Shown: positions 12,901 to 26,400, counted from the whole stretch's first letter. The stretch: 62,062 bases of DNA, filler included, from Choristocarpus tenellus KU-1152 (GCA_964200185.2; 7 parts of 7 records of this genome joined end to end with filler, not necessarily neighbours in it); one strand, 5' to 3'. A program made the numbers and translations. Notes: generated by a model not told the origin, from the sequence alone.

Positions 12901-15900
12901 GTGTGTGTGTTTGTGTGCAGGCTTGTGTTTGTACGTATATATATATGTGTGTGTGTACATCAATAATATTACGCACACTTAACACTATAATACAACAGAA
13001 ATATACAGCATTTCAAAAACTACACCCTTTTTCCCAGCTGATCTAGTAAATTCCTCAAATGAGTCATCCAGAAACTAGTTAAAGGTAAAGCAGTGCAACG
13101 CCTTACAACCTTTCATTTACCTGTAGCAGTGTGAGTAAATTCAACCAATCAAATAATAGTCTTCAACCTATCAAATAATAGTCCACATTATCATACATAC
13201 AAGGTCACACCATACCATCAACCAAACCTAATTCAGTGCTTGTATACTACTACAACTAAATTTGTTTCAAACTTAAAATTCTGTAAAAACAGTGTTACAT
13301 ACACCCATAAATATGGTTCAATTCTTACCTCTAGTCATACCACCAACTAAATTTCCAACCCATATCCACCCCCAGTAAACCTACATGGTACACTTTTACC
13401 CTTTCTTTCACAAAAACAGTTGAACAAATCACATCATCAATGCAATTAAACATAGTAACAAATAACACAACTCAACCAACACCCACTTTGCAAAAACAGG
13501 AAAAACAAGCACACAATTAGACACCACCTAACATGAACCACACCTCCTCCCGGAATTCCAAAATTCCCATCAAACACTCTGATCAGGGTGGGCAATCCAT
13601 GTGAGGCTACATTATCACCAGAAGCAGAATTACCCTTCAAAGAGAGAGGGGCTGATAATCTTACACAGTAGGAGCTCTGCTCGCATATGCTGCTACTCTG
13701 TCCGTAACAATCATTCAAAACCAGTACAACTCCGTGAAAGCACAAAACATTACCATTGCCACACACATGCTCTTGTGCTTAGTACATGCTAAACCAATCC
13801 CTAATCCTATGTAGCCATGCACTCTTTCTTGCCAAGATTTTTCTCTCATTTATAAAATAATCACATCATAGTAATTGTAATGGTTATACAAACTAGGGTT
13901 CTTCACTAGACTGTGTAAACATGGGGGGACCAGGCTGCGGGTCATGTCCTGGTGAAGTATATTTTAACAGGGCTGGTCCAGGACCATCAGATTTCAATAG
14001 GGTACCAGACCAGGGGCCCATTCCAGTGAAATAAGGTTTACATGATTAGTCCAGTACCACGAAAATTCTCACTGGATCAGGATGCGGATTGCCCTACAGT
14101 CCCCAAAAGCATGTATGGTATCGTCGTGACCCATTCAGCTCCAGGTTGATCATATGATGATGGTGGGAATACATGCAGCTTGGAGTACTATTAAAAACAC
14201 TAATATCCCCACTGACATTCGGGAAAATTTCAGGGTCTGCCTGACATATTTTGACCAGATAGGATCAATCCATCTTGCGAGAGTCGGTCCAGCTAACATA
14301 CTATCTCATACAGGACCATCAGAGGTTTGAACCAGACTGCGTCACAGATGCCCCCAGAAAATTATATTGAACATGAACTACTCCAGGACCAGAGTGAGCC
14401 CTCCCTGTCAATTATTTTCAATATGATTTGATAGGGCTATCAAAGATGTGATTGGACCAGGCTGGATAACTGCTGGTTTGGTGAAACATCCTGAACAAAA
14501 CACTGTTTAATTTGACCACTTTTTATTGCAGCCTACATACACTATAATAAAAAATAAAAATACAGCTTTTCCCCACCCTCACCCAGGAACCCCCAGATTT
14601 CGATCATGTTCTAGAGTACATCACAGGCACAAACTGTCTATTATACGCAACACCCAAACACACTAATAATTATTAAATCAAATAAGTACCATATTTTGTA
14701 GCACATCTAAGTGTAAACAATGACACCCCCTCTCCCCCTCCCTCCCCCCAGTATAACATCTTAACAGCATCTTTGACCAATAAATATGGTATTCAACTAC
14801 ATCCCCTCATAATAACATAGCATAGTGACAGGTCTGGGATTTTAAAAGAGGTTCAATGACAGGGCTTGATTATCTCCATCCATGAGACTTCATGGAGAAA
14901 AGATAGACAAGTTCCCCCAGCTCACCATTTCTTAAAAAAATCTAACAAAGTCAAGGAAACACTTGCCATCCTCTCAGGAGGTGTTTAGATTGAGGGGTCT
15001 TTATAATTCGATCAATGAGTAGTATAGTAAAGGGGAAGAAAAAAAAACGCATAAGCATACACAAATAAACTCACTTGATTGCAGCAGCCTTCCTCCTCCC
15101 AACCACCCTTCTACTCCAGGTCTGCAATACCTTGACTGCTTCCCCCTCCACCTTTGCCCTCTTGATTGCAGCAACCTCCCTCCTCCCAACCACCCCCCTC
15201 CTCCAGGCCTGCAGTACCTTGGCTGCATCCCCCTCCATCTTTACCTTCTTGATCCCAGCAGCGTTCCTCCTTCCAACCACCCCCCTCCTCCAGGCCTGCA
15301 GTGCCTTCACTGCTTCCTCCTCCCTCCATGCCTTCTTAATCACAGCAGCCTCCCTCCTCCCAACCACTCCCCTCCCCCAGGCCTGCAGTGCCTTGACTGC
15401 TTCTACCTTCCTTAATACTCTCTTCTTCACACAATATCGCTTCCATGTCATCTGGATCACAACTACAGCCTCTCTCCTCTGCTCCAGCCATGGTTGCGTT
15501 GCTTGCTTCACCACACACATACGAACCCAAGCCTAGTTTTGGAAATAATAAAAAATGTTTTTCCTAGAATGTTCTTGGCATTCAAAAAGCGATGTATGAT
15601 AATACATTACATATCTGTACACTGTATTATTCTTCCCAACCATAAAAGAGTATACAAGGAACGTATCTCTCTGTCGTAAGACACATCTACCACAACGGCA
15701 CTACTTGATTGCTTCATTTCCCCATCTCATTCATCTCTATTCTCAGTACATTAGATGCTCCTCACACACATACAACACAAGCATTTCACCTTCACATCAG
15801 AACCTAACATCAAACACTACCTCTATCATTGCATGTACCCTGGCCCCAACCTTGATATCATTATAGTCATGCTTAATAAATCTACATATCAATACACACG

Positions 15901-17901
15901 AACATCAGTTACATCTTAAACAAAAGTCAATGCTAAATTCCACACCTGTAGCACAGTAGCAGCTCCCTCGAAATAACGCACTCGGTGGATACGTGGCTTG
16001 ACATTGAACAGCTATCACAATAACAGCAGAAGTAGGAACAAAAATAATAATATACGTAACATAGTCACACAACAGGAAAGAGGACCGCAGGATCATGTCA
16101 CACAAAACCAAACAATATATGAGGCACAATGACAAAAAATTACAATCACAACAGGGGAGGAGTGGGGAGGGTGAGGGGGGGGGGTGAGGGGGTGAGTAAT
16201 AATGCAAGGGCAAGAGCAGGAGCATCAGAGCAAGGCCATCCTAAATTAACAATCTTCAACTGCTAGACAAACAATGGTCAGGAGGTAGGGCATAAGCAAA
16301 TTTAGCAGGTAAATAGAGCTCTTGAAAAAAAACTCAAACCTAACCATAAGAAGAGTCACCTCTCAATAAAAAACAAAGGTAGAGTGAGCATTTTTACAGA
16401 AGATACTCAAGGTGAGGGAGATCCCTCTCCCTAACCCCTCCCCTCCCCTCCCCTCCCGTGCATAACATAACATCAACACACCTGTGCAATGAAGGCCTGG
16501 TTCAGGTAGGACACACCATACATGACTTGCTCCTTCCTGACCAATGGAGCCACGCCCAGCGTTTCTGCGCTTGTAAGGACAATGCTGCATCGCTTCTGCG
16601 CAGCTGCAATCACATCTTCCTCCCCAGACAGATCAGGCACTTCCAGGGTATCATCCAATTCCTACGTTCAATAGGATCATACACCATTTTGTTTTTTGGC
16701 AGACACCAAACATGAAGGCGTTTTGCTTGATGTGAACTCAGATCATAGCTGTAACTATTAAAACTATTAGAAAAAAAATGGAAGAAGAAATAAATATTTG
16801 AGGGTTAGGGTTATAATTCATTCACCTCAAAACCCTTGACAAAAATAGTGAAAAGAAAAAAGAGGTGAAGGATTTGACACTAAAGGCCAACTAATGGAAT
16901 ATTCCCAGGGTGTATCAAAAAGGGCAAGGGCTAGGGTTAAGCCTGATTCATTTTCCAGCAACCATTCATCAAAGATAAGCAAGGGGGCTGGGATTTGGGT
17001 CAAGGCCCTCTTCACATTAATCTTTTTGAAAAAACACAAAAGAAAACTTGGTTTGAGGTAAGGCTCTTTTCCATTGTGAAAGAGTGAATCATTGAATATG
17101 TTTTTGTCATTCATTGAACTCAAAGTCCAGATTGTTGATAGTACACATCAACCATCTGTATTAAAAAAAAAACTCCACCGAAAGCCATAAATATATTCAT
17201 TTTTCCAGATGATATGCTCATCTCTACTTTTCTTACAGTTCCAACAATTGCACAAGTACAAGTTATTATACAATATTAATAAGGGGAGAAGTGGGTAGGA
17301 GGTAATTCTCCAGTGCTATTATTAAACAAAGTGTTCACTTGCCCTGATCAAATCTCTGACCCTCCAAGAGGAAAAACAATTTCACAAGCAACAGCTTCTA
17401 ACAATACTACTACAAGCCATCAACAAAATTATAAGTTATTGATTAACTCAAATGTCATCACAAAATAGATCACACTCATCATCTCTGATTCATAAGCAAT
17501 ACATCTCACACCTATTCAACCTATCCACACAAAAAACTCGCCCTCCAATGGAATAGTACCCCAAAACACACGTGTGAGGAATTTTTAAAGAAGTTTGTGA
17601 AACATTATCTGCGAGTTAATCCACAGACAACTTTACTGTACTTAGAGCCTTATATTTGGAAAATTCACCAATGGGCATGCCAAGAAAACAGGAAAAGGTG
17701 TAACTGCCTTCACAAGCTCATGCTCTGTCAGTACAACACACCATACATATCCAAGCAATCCATGCTAATACACACACCAACTCAGGACAAAAAAGAAACA
17801 AACACAAAAAAAAATTACTCAAGAACCTGTTCCCTACTGAGGCTTTAAAGTTTTTTTCACCTTGAGTAGGTCGATGTATCCCTGTCCATCTGAGAAATCT
17901 C
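6941..17901 (-). CDS. Partial multi-exon gene: fimbrin/plastin-like calponin-homology domain, multiple IQ motifs, charged helical region
   Basis: Phase-consistent GT-AG exons: 17901-17861 (DFSDGQGYIDLLK), 16661-16482 (ELDDT...KRCSIVLTSAETLGVAPLVRKEQVMYGVSYLNQAFIAQ), 16011-15946 (LFNVKPRI...AATVLQ), 15532-15075 (IQ repeats), 12898-12487 (E/R/K-rich, acidic tract), 11247-11054, 10677-10446 (AAATLQQWRRK), 10173-10025, 8830-8698. Probable further exons near 8452-8426 and 7085-6941. Runs off both contig ends. Confidence 0.8.
15075..15410 (-). repeat. Coding tandem repeat: four 87-nt (29-aa) units, each one IQ motif
   Basis: CAACCAC anchors at 15100, 15187, 15274 and 15361; protein unit LQ(A/T)WxRxVVGRRxxAxIK. 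Confidence 0.85.
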
Positions 17902-18161
17902 CTGCAAAGTTAGATACCCTGAACTTGCTCTTCCCCCAACTGGAAATTGCACACACATCAACAAACCACCGATCATGTCAATAGTGTAGAAGGCAAAGGC
18001 AAAGGTAGTGGAAACCAGTGAGGGGTGCATGAGCTTTCTTTGTGACTTGTTTCCTGTTACAGTCGTTGTAATCTGTGTGCAGTTTGGTGCGTATTTGAGA
18101 GGGGCTCTATTGCTAGCCCCAGTAGGCACGTTGCATGCATAAGTTACATCTCCACCCCCGC

Positions 18162-18261
18162 NNNNNNNNNNNNNNNNNNNNNNNNNNNNNNNNNNNNNNN
18201 NNNNNTTAATTAATTAANNNNNNNNNNNNNNNNNNNNNNNNNNNNNNNNNNNNNNNNNNNN
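18162..18261. other. Artificial contig-joining spacer
   Basis: 44 N + TTAATTAATTAA + 44 N. Confidence 0.97.
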
Positions 18262-18349
18262 ATAGGATACGGCAGACAGAGGACTGAGGCCGCCACACCC
18301 GCACCCCCCCGCCCCCCCCCCCCCCCCCCCCCCCCAGATACTTTGACCC
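18262..18349. mobile_element. Right end of a family B-like MITE, cut by the contig start
   Basis: Poly-C followed by CCCCCAGATACTTTGACCC, matching the family B right TIR. Confidence 0.55.
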
Positions 18350-18670
18350 GTACAAAGGGTAAGGGTGGTGCCAACCCAGTTGTGCCACTCTAAGACATGG
18401 CATCTGCCAGAATTTGTCCTTGAGTACTCTGGAGTATTTGTTGTACCGAAATAATCTTTGTGAAGTGGGCGACAAACCAAGGGAGCACAACCACTGTGGG
18501 AGTAGAACTCATAGCTGTTTTTTACTCCATAATGACTGAGAAATTTGGGGAGATTACTGAAAGGCATGTGCACCCTGACGACTCAGTATGGGCTATTTTT
18601 TTCTGCTGCTAAAAATGTATTTGCTGTTCGCTCTGTGTCACCTATCTCAACTTTTTACTATATTTTATAG

Positions 18671-19105
18671 GGTGAAGCCGCAAGAGGTGGAGAGGACTTA
18701 TGTGATGCTGAAGAATTTGAATCCGGGGCAGTATTGAGTGGACAGAGGTTGAATAGTTCTACGGACCCTTCACACTCAGTTCAAAGGCTCTCTCTGGAAC
18801 TACTGAGGATCAAAGATCACGAGAGGTGAGACTCAAGCCTACAAACTTGAGTTTCGAAGTATTGTTTATGCTGTTGGCACTATGCATGTGCCCTGTATCA
18901 CAATTCACTGTTGGGGATATTACTGGTTGTTATTCAAACGCATTGCCCTTGATGGTTGCCCCATGCTACCCCTGAACTTCCTCTGACAATAGCTGCTTGT
19001 CTTGAGCTGTGCAGGTAACACTTGTCCCTTAGGATGATGCGGCCACATGTGTATCTCTTTGCAGAGCATCTAATGATACAACATCTTGCTTGGTCAGCAC
19101 CATAA
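18671..19105 (+). CDS. Possible last two exons of an unidentified gene
   Basis: Exon 18671-18825 (GEAARGGEDLCDAEEF...LLRIKDHER, phase 2) joins in frame to 19033-19105 (MMRPHVYLFAEHLMIQHLAWSAP*) through AG/GT sites; no recognisable domain. Confidence 0.35.
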
Positions 19106-19608
19106 AGCATGAGTGGGAAAAGTTGGAATGCCCTGTCAAATCAGCCCAGCATTAGAACACAAAGGGATCTAGCTGTATAGCCTTGATGTTACTGAGAATA
19201 TTTTTCCCTTTTTCATTTGCAAACAATATTTTCCCACCCCTATGTTGGGTCAAGACCCTGTCCACTCATCCATCTCCGTGAAGTAACAATGTGTCTACCC
19301 CCTGACCATGAATACATACACATTGACTGCCAATTCAGGGTCTTGAACCAACCAAATACATCGGTATCAAGCCTTGATATGCCAACTGTGGAAGTCCGAC
19401 CTAAGGATTGAATGCCTTTATTATAAAGCAGTTCAAGGGAGGAAGAATAGTAAGTATTAGGGAAGCACAACCAGCATCATCGTGCATTTGAGAGTATTTC
19501 ATATTTGATATGGGAAGGCACCGGGTGTGTGTTGAGACTATGGAATCTAACATAGCTTTTGGAAGGCGTTATTTCCCATTGTCATGCTTTAATTGTTGGG
19601 TTGAAATT

Positions 19609-19864
19609 AAGACAACATAAACGAGAGGTACCCAGGTTTTGGTCGTTTTGCATTAAGCCTATTTTTCAATCATTTGCAATTCACCCATATTTTCTATGCA
19701 TGAAGTTCCAAGTTTGACCTGAGAGCGTATATTTCTCCATTGTTTTCATTTTTTTACACAATTCAGAACACATATAAATATTTGTAATAAAAAAGTTCAG
19801 CATTGGGCATATTTGTCAGAATCCTTCAAATGCAACTCCGGTTACCTCTTGTTTACATTGACTC
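19609..19864. mobile_element. MITE family C copy (256 bp)
   Basis: TIRs AAGACAACATAAACGAGAGGTACC / GGTTACCTCTTGTTTACATTGACTC; flanks AATT/AATG; interior is the reverse complement of the 24239 copy. Confidence 0.7.
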
Positions 19865-22074
19865 AATGATGTCAGCATCTCCAGAGATATCTGTGACTGT
19901 CCTCCACACACATAAGTGGAATGAAAGGCAGTAATAGCAATTTTTGGTGTTGGGATCTAAGATACTCCAGTACAACACTAGTATTTTGTGGAAAAATGAG
20001 TAGAGTACAAATATGCTTGGATGGAGTGCGTCCATCATATATTCCTTGGTCTCCACAAAAATTAGAAAAACACTTTTGGCGATTAACTGGTGTCTTCACA
20101 ACACAAGAGTAGGACGGAGAGAGGGGCAAGCCGCTTTAGTTGGGTGGAGGGGTACAGAAGGCATGAGGAACTCATCAGTTTCAAACATTTCTACCACCCA
20201 GCTACCGATTATTTTTTGTTCTAGTGGTCGTGTGCAGATTCTATTATCTCTGTTACCCAGGTTGTGGTATCTCCCGCACTCCTTAGATGTGAACCTTCTT
20301 TCCTTGCAGAAGGGGTGCGCTTCATACCTCTACAATTTCTGTCTTGGATACAAGTTTTTCCACCTCTGCATACAGTAAGTACGAAGGGAGACTAAGGCTC
20401 ATGAGAGGCTATCATGCTTCCTATTCATACGTTGCTGTACTAGTATCAGCAGATTGATGTTCATCGACTAGAATGTCTGAGTTCGCCTAATGTTCCATTT
20501 TGTCTTTAACCACCATACATTAAAAAAAACTATTTTTCTTGCCTTAAGATACACGTTGCTGCCTAACTCCCATGCCTAGTGACAAGTGATCATATTGCAC
20601 CTAGTTTTTAACTTGGGTCTGCCGTCCCTCCTCATTACGCTCATGACCCTACCGCCAACACGGTGGGCCTGTTGAAGCCACTTATTCCTGTCCGGCACTT
20701 AGTATTCTGGATTACACTATTTATAATACCATCTAACAACATTTCATAGCGTAGTAGGAGGGCAATAGATTAATCATGCACAAACCTTTCCCATTCAAAA
20801 CGTGAAACCGAAAATTCCAATGGAAGACAGGTTGAGAAAATTGTGATCCCATTGTAGTGCAGCAGTGTGATTCTTCCCATAAGGGGGAAGGTCTCTAGTT
20901 TCAAGGTTTATGTCCGTTATCCAATGCCTTGTGTATAAGAACCCTTGCTCCGCATTCTGAGTTACAAGTCTACCCTGTGAGCCCCCCCCGTATGCTTAAC
21001 TTGGTGATGAGCAACACAACCAACTTTGAAAAAAAAAAAGTGAATGAGAAAAATTACATTAACTGTTTATGGTGTCTTCAATGATATCAAGCGGTGAAAT
21101 AAACAAGAATATGTAGTTCCTCCCTCCCTCCTCACAAAAGCGCCTGTACACATTGAGAGCATGATACTTGTAGATTAGGTGGTTGGCACATAAGGATTCG
21201 GAGATGTGGTTCGAAATGACACCAAGCTGGAGCCAGAAATCTCGCAGAAAATCCCTTCAGTGGATGAACTGGTATCATTCCTTTGGAATACAGGAACTCA
21301 ATCAACCAACAACTTCCGATCCATCCATACAACTTGAGTCTTTCCCTCCTTCTCTCGCCCTTTGCAATTTTTCAGGCAAAGTTTCAAGCGCTCTTTGCCC
21401 ATTGTTACTATGGAAAGGATAATTCAGCGTACACAGCAACGAGTTCACCCAAATCATAGATGCTCTACATGCAGATGATTACTCTTGAGTGCACCCTGTG
21501 TTGTGGCAGCAGTGTCCGCTTGTTAGGTTCTGATGATTGCAATAGCAGCATTGGCGTCCTCAATGACCCAGATGAGGAAAAACAGCTCAGTGTCATCATG
21601 ATCGTGGAATATTGCATGCTTCGTGGTGGGGTCATTCTTTTAGGATAAACTAGCATATGAACCGAGATAGTTTTTGCTGCATTCATTATCTAGTTAAAAT
21701 CGCTTGAGAACTCTAAACTGACTCCCTGGATAGGTGGGAGGAATATTTGAGATGTTGGAGTATGTGGATTCCTCGTCCTTTCCACTCTACTTCTTGTATC
21801 CTTGAGTAGAAGTAGTGTAATCATAGACACAGTGAGTGATCACTCACTAACATCTAGGGATTGTTATACCAATGTAGCTAATATTGTATGGATAGTGTTG
21901 TCTACCCCACAACTATAGTACTGCCAAAAGCAAACAAGTAGTAGGAGTGTGTTTACTGTGATGTTGCCGGGAGAGTCGCTCCTCCAGAATAGGCAAAACA
22001 CGGTGTGGTGATGTCCAACAAAATCCTATATTCATTGGATGAGTACTTGTATCTTACGTAGTGCACACAACCCT

Positions 22075-22335
22075 GAGTCAAAGTATCTTAGAGGGTAGAG
22101 CCGTGTCCGTTTGGGAGCAAAAATTCAATGTTGCGATTTTGGTGTAATTTTGGTATTCATATTTGTGAGGAGGTGTCAATATCCTTGTTCCGGACACACC
22201 TTTTCATATCGTATACATTCTACCTACTCTGAAACATTTCGGAGTAGAAAAATGTCATAAAATAACCCGTAGGAAGCTAAGCCCCAAACGGACAAACAGA
22301 GCAAAACTCGTACCCTAACCCTAAGATACATTCTC
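22075..22335. mobile_element. MITE family A copy with a telomere-like change in the right TIR
   Basis: Left TIR GAGTCAAAGTATCTTAGAGGGTAG; interior homologous to 998-1255; right TIR reads GTACCCTAACCCTAAGATAC instead of GTACCCTCTAAGATAC. Confidence 0.88.
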
Positions 22336-23089
22336 TTACGTATAAAGTTTCTTGGTGCAATCTCTGACGTAGAAGTTTCCCTGGGGTCAGTGGCCTTGTG
22401 CAATTGAATTGTGGTGGTGCAGATGTTCTCCTGAGCCTAGTGTTGTGGACCCATCTGAAGGATTATGTATGCTAGTCTTATGTAGTGTGACATAAGAAAT
22501 CTGGGGAGCGGTTATCTCTATGTGGATGGGCGATTACTCTTCTTTGATGGACCTTCATCGTGGGGTTATGTTTGGGCGGTATAGTAGGCGTTTGGCCTGT
22601 GCCACGCCTCAAACATTAACAGGGGAGATGCAGTCAAATCTTGATATATATATATATGTATTACTTACACCTATTCGTTGAGAATGCCAAACAGAATTCA
22701 GCAGTATCCTTAACCAAGTTTCCAACAGGTTGTGGGGGAATCTCAATGCATGGTCTTTCAGCAGTTCACCTTCCAAATCCTTCCAGTTCAGGAACATATA
22801 TATTGCAAAGACTAAACCCTATTGGATAGGGAAGTTCCTACTCCAACATCTCTGTTTGATGTTTCAATTATCAGGGAAGAAATATGTGTAAGATCATTTG
22901 CATCAACTAGTGAAGCCAAGCACCCAAAAAATGGCTCACAAATTTCTGGCATTGTGTTATTTGCGCCTCCTGAAGGAGACCTATGCAATACTATTGCCAG
23001 GTGGACACTGTGAGCCATACATGCCTGATCAGTGACAGGACAATGATAGCAGAAAAAGGATGAGCTACAATACACAACGTAAGGGGATA

Positions 23090-23356
23090 GAGTCAATGTA
23101 AGCAAGAGGTACCTTGAGCTACGTATTGAGGATGAGAGAAAATGTGTGCAAAATTATACCTTTTTTTCCAAATGTGTGTAGGACATTTTCCTATTAGTGA
23201 CAAAGGTTTTCAAACAACGTAGAAATCAACCCTCCCAACTCAAAGTTAGCACTTCATCCATAACAAAATGGTTGAATTGCAAAGGATTGAAAATCTGACT
23301 CTAAACAAAAAACGACCAATATTATAAAACTGGGGACCTCTTGTTTACATTGGCTC
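23090..23356. mobile_element. MITE family C copy (267 bp)
   Basis: TIRs GAGTCAATGTAAGCAAGAGGTACC / GGACCTCTTGTTTACATTGGCTC; interior similar to 24239-24497. Confidence 0.75.
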
Positions 23357-23413
23357 TTACCAAGGGGTTAGCCAATACAAGTGCAATGTGTGGTCATGAG
23401 GTCATAGCCTCTG

Positions 23414-26400
23414 TCATTGGTAGCCTGCCTCCACTTGCTCCAGAACCCATTCCATATGGAGTTTAATTCCTTCTCCTGTTAGCATTCCCCTGAACTCACC
23501 CCTCCCATGGGACCAGGGTTCCCCCTTCAGGAAAATCCTGCATCACAGGAAAAGAAATTGACAATCAGAGGAGAGCAGACCTTGAGATATTCACATTAAT
23601 TTACACAACCCCTCCCCCAGAGAACATTTAAACTATTCTTATGTCTTGCTCAGTGGGCTTCCTTCACAAATAGCAATAGAGAGTGAGTGCACAGGTATTT
23701 CAAGAAGCTGCCCTCCACCACAAGAAATGAGACCTTTCCGTGCCCATCAATATTTCAAAAAAATAACCCTAACCATGGCACATTATCACAAGGAAAACCC
23801 TACACAACCATAGATGAAACAGTTACACAGAATATCCTCTGAGATGTACATCTACCTCACCCATCTTCTAACCACGTGCCAGGCATCTACCCCTCTCACT
23901 TGCATTCCAACAATTTGTAGAATGTAATCACTTGGCTTGGGTACACTTTCTCTTCTCACCGAAGCTCCGGTATTTTGCCTGTTAGCTGATACTTTCTGGC
24001 AAGAGCAGCGTCCAGCCCAGGCGTTCCAATGTTTGCCCTCACAAAGGCAACAGGACTGTCAAATGGCAGGTGCACAGAACTCTCTTTTGCAAAGATCATG
24101 GAAGCCTTGCTAAGCTCAACACCGATGCGGTGACACCTTCCACAGTCATCTGTCCAGGAGGTGTTTGAGTGTACAGGTTGCAAATGAAACACACACAAAC
24201 ATATATATATATATTTATATATATATATATATACCTCTGAGCCAACGTAAGCGAGAGGTGCTCAAGGTGGCGATTTTTGGATGACGACAAACATCTTCAA
24301 AATTCGACCTTTTTCAAATATGTGTATTGGAACTTTTCATAATTTTTTAGGAAAGCTTCAAACAATAGAGAAATCAATGCTCTCTAGTCAATTTCGACAC
24401 TTCATGCATACAAATGCAGGTTAAATGTAAAAGATTAAAAAACTGGCTTAATATGCAAAACGGCCAAAACCTGGGTACCTCTTGTTTCCTTTGGCTCATC
24501 TATTTCAGAGATATTGTTAATTTCAGCACGAAAGGGAGTAGAGAGAGAAGTTTGGTGGAAATAACAATGCCACCATTTGTATGTATTTATGTGGACTTGG
24601 CTTGACAATACATCATAGGTCATGAAATACGAATTTAGGGGCTTGAATTTCCATGTACTATGAACCACTCTCATTACATTCTTGCATTGTTACGCAATCT
24701 TGTATGTACACATTTCACCTATTCTGGGCAAACAAATACTACTTAGTATGCTCAACAGGAAGTCTTCCTCCTGTAGTTAGGACGTCTGAGTCCATGCATG
24801 CTCTGAGGGAATAATATTAGCAAATCAAAGCGTATACATCACAGTGAAGTACACAGGGGAACCCCCCTGTCTTTGGGAACCTCCACTGTCCTTTGGAAAC
24901 CTACCACTGTCACAAGTATTTCACTTCTTAAAACAAAGCTTAGGATTATTTTTCACACACAAGTTAGGGTTAGGGTTAGATTCCCGAAAAGGAGTGTGAA
25001 AAGATGAAAAGTGGTGGATAATTGAAAGGTTGTGGTTCCCAAGTGCACACTATACTTACTCTTCCACCACTTATTCTGGGATGTTCACTTGACTGGTTAG
25101 GGTTTTTCACACACAACTTTGGGTTTGGATTAGGGTTAGGGTTGGGGTTAGACCTAGGGTTAGGTTTTATAAAATGCTTGCAATAGTGAGAAGTACAAGA
25201 GAGGGGGTCCCCTGTGCACTGCAACGGCATATTTCTTTGGTTCTCAAGCCAAGCCATCGTGTAGGGAGGCATTTGCACAATGTATGTTGCTGAATCACAC
25301 ATAGCAGTAAGTATTTTGCGACATTTCCTTGGCCCCTCACAGACCCTGTTTTCACCGTGTGATATTTTCCTTTATTTGCATGGCGTTCGGAAAAAATTAC
25401 TTCTTTGATGTCGTCATCGATGAGAGACTTTGCTGGGCTGACTTACTGCCTGAAACCTTTCAAGTACTATGAACTTCCATGTGGTTGACGGAAAATTGGA
25501 ACTAGCGTGTGGAACTTGGGTTGTGGATGCACATTTTTCAACATGTGGAAAAGTATGTCCCGCAAGGGATTTCCTTTGGTATTGACATTTTACGAAAAGT
25601 TACTTTTTTTCTTGCTTGAAACATACGAGGAAAATCCAAGCGATCACTAGTCAATTCGCCTTGCTTCAATTCCTAATCAAATCGGTCCTGTGGAGAAGAT
25701 ACCATCCAACACTACGCAAGCTTTGCTTGTACTTCTTCAAGCATATTTTTAGCAATCTAGTTATCCTAGTGGCATGAAACGTTCTCAGTTGTGTGACTTC
25801 TTTGCACCTGCAGCAGTTGTGAACAGAACTATGGCCAACCAATTTCCTAAAGCATTCTGTAATTGGTCTTGCTCGTGGATGTCTGCTGCATATTCACCCC
25901 CTCTGACTGCAGGCACATGAGTGACATGAGAACCTGAGGGCTCCTCAACTAATCCTCGAGCATTTTCTGTTGTACTCCATCCATTTCTCTTTTCCCTTGG
26001 TTGCACTTGAGCACTCAGGATGCGTGCCTGGTCCTATCCAGTAAAATGGAAAGCCAAGGTTGCTGTCACCATCTGGCGGGGTAATTCTTTAGGTATGTAT
26101 AAGAGGGTAACTTTGTTCAAGAGTCCTTTCCGAGGGCCTTGTTCTGAATTCTGCCCTTACGTACACCTGATTCCACCAATAATCGCTGCTATGACACTCG
26201 TTGAGATATGACTTCAAAAATTGTGTAGTTTGAGAAAATGTGCAAACCTGAGGTCAAAATCACGTCAACGACCCTGCTCCCAGTCAACAGTGAGCCAGCA
26301 ATGTTGCAATGAAGAGGCGCTGAGACTCGTTGAGTCCGTAGGTTTCAATGTTGACCATCTATAAATGAAATAGGGGTGAAAGAGAGACCCATTATCATAA

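Noticed and set aside
21060-21700. Protein-like fragments suggesting a decayed TE
   Set aside because: No diagnostic motif recognised in any frame.
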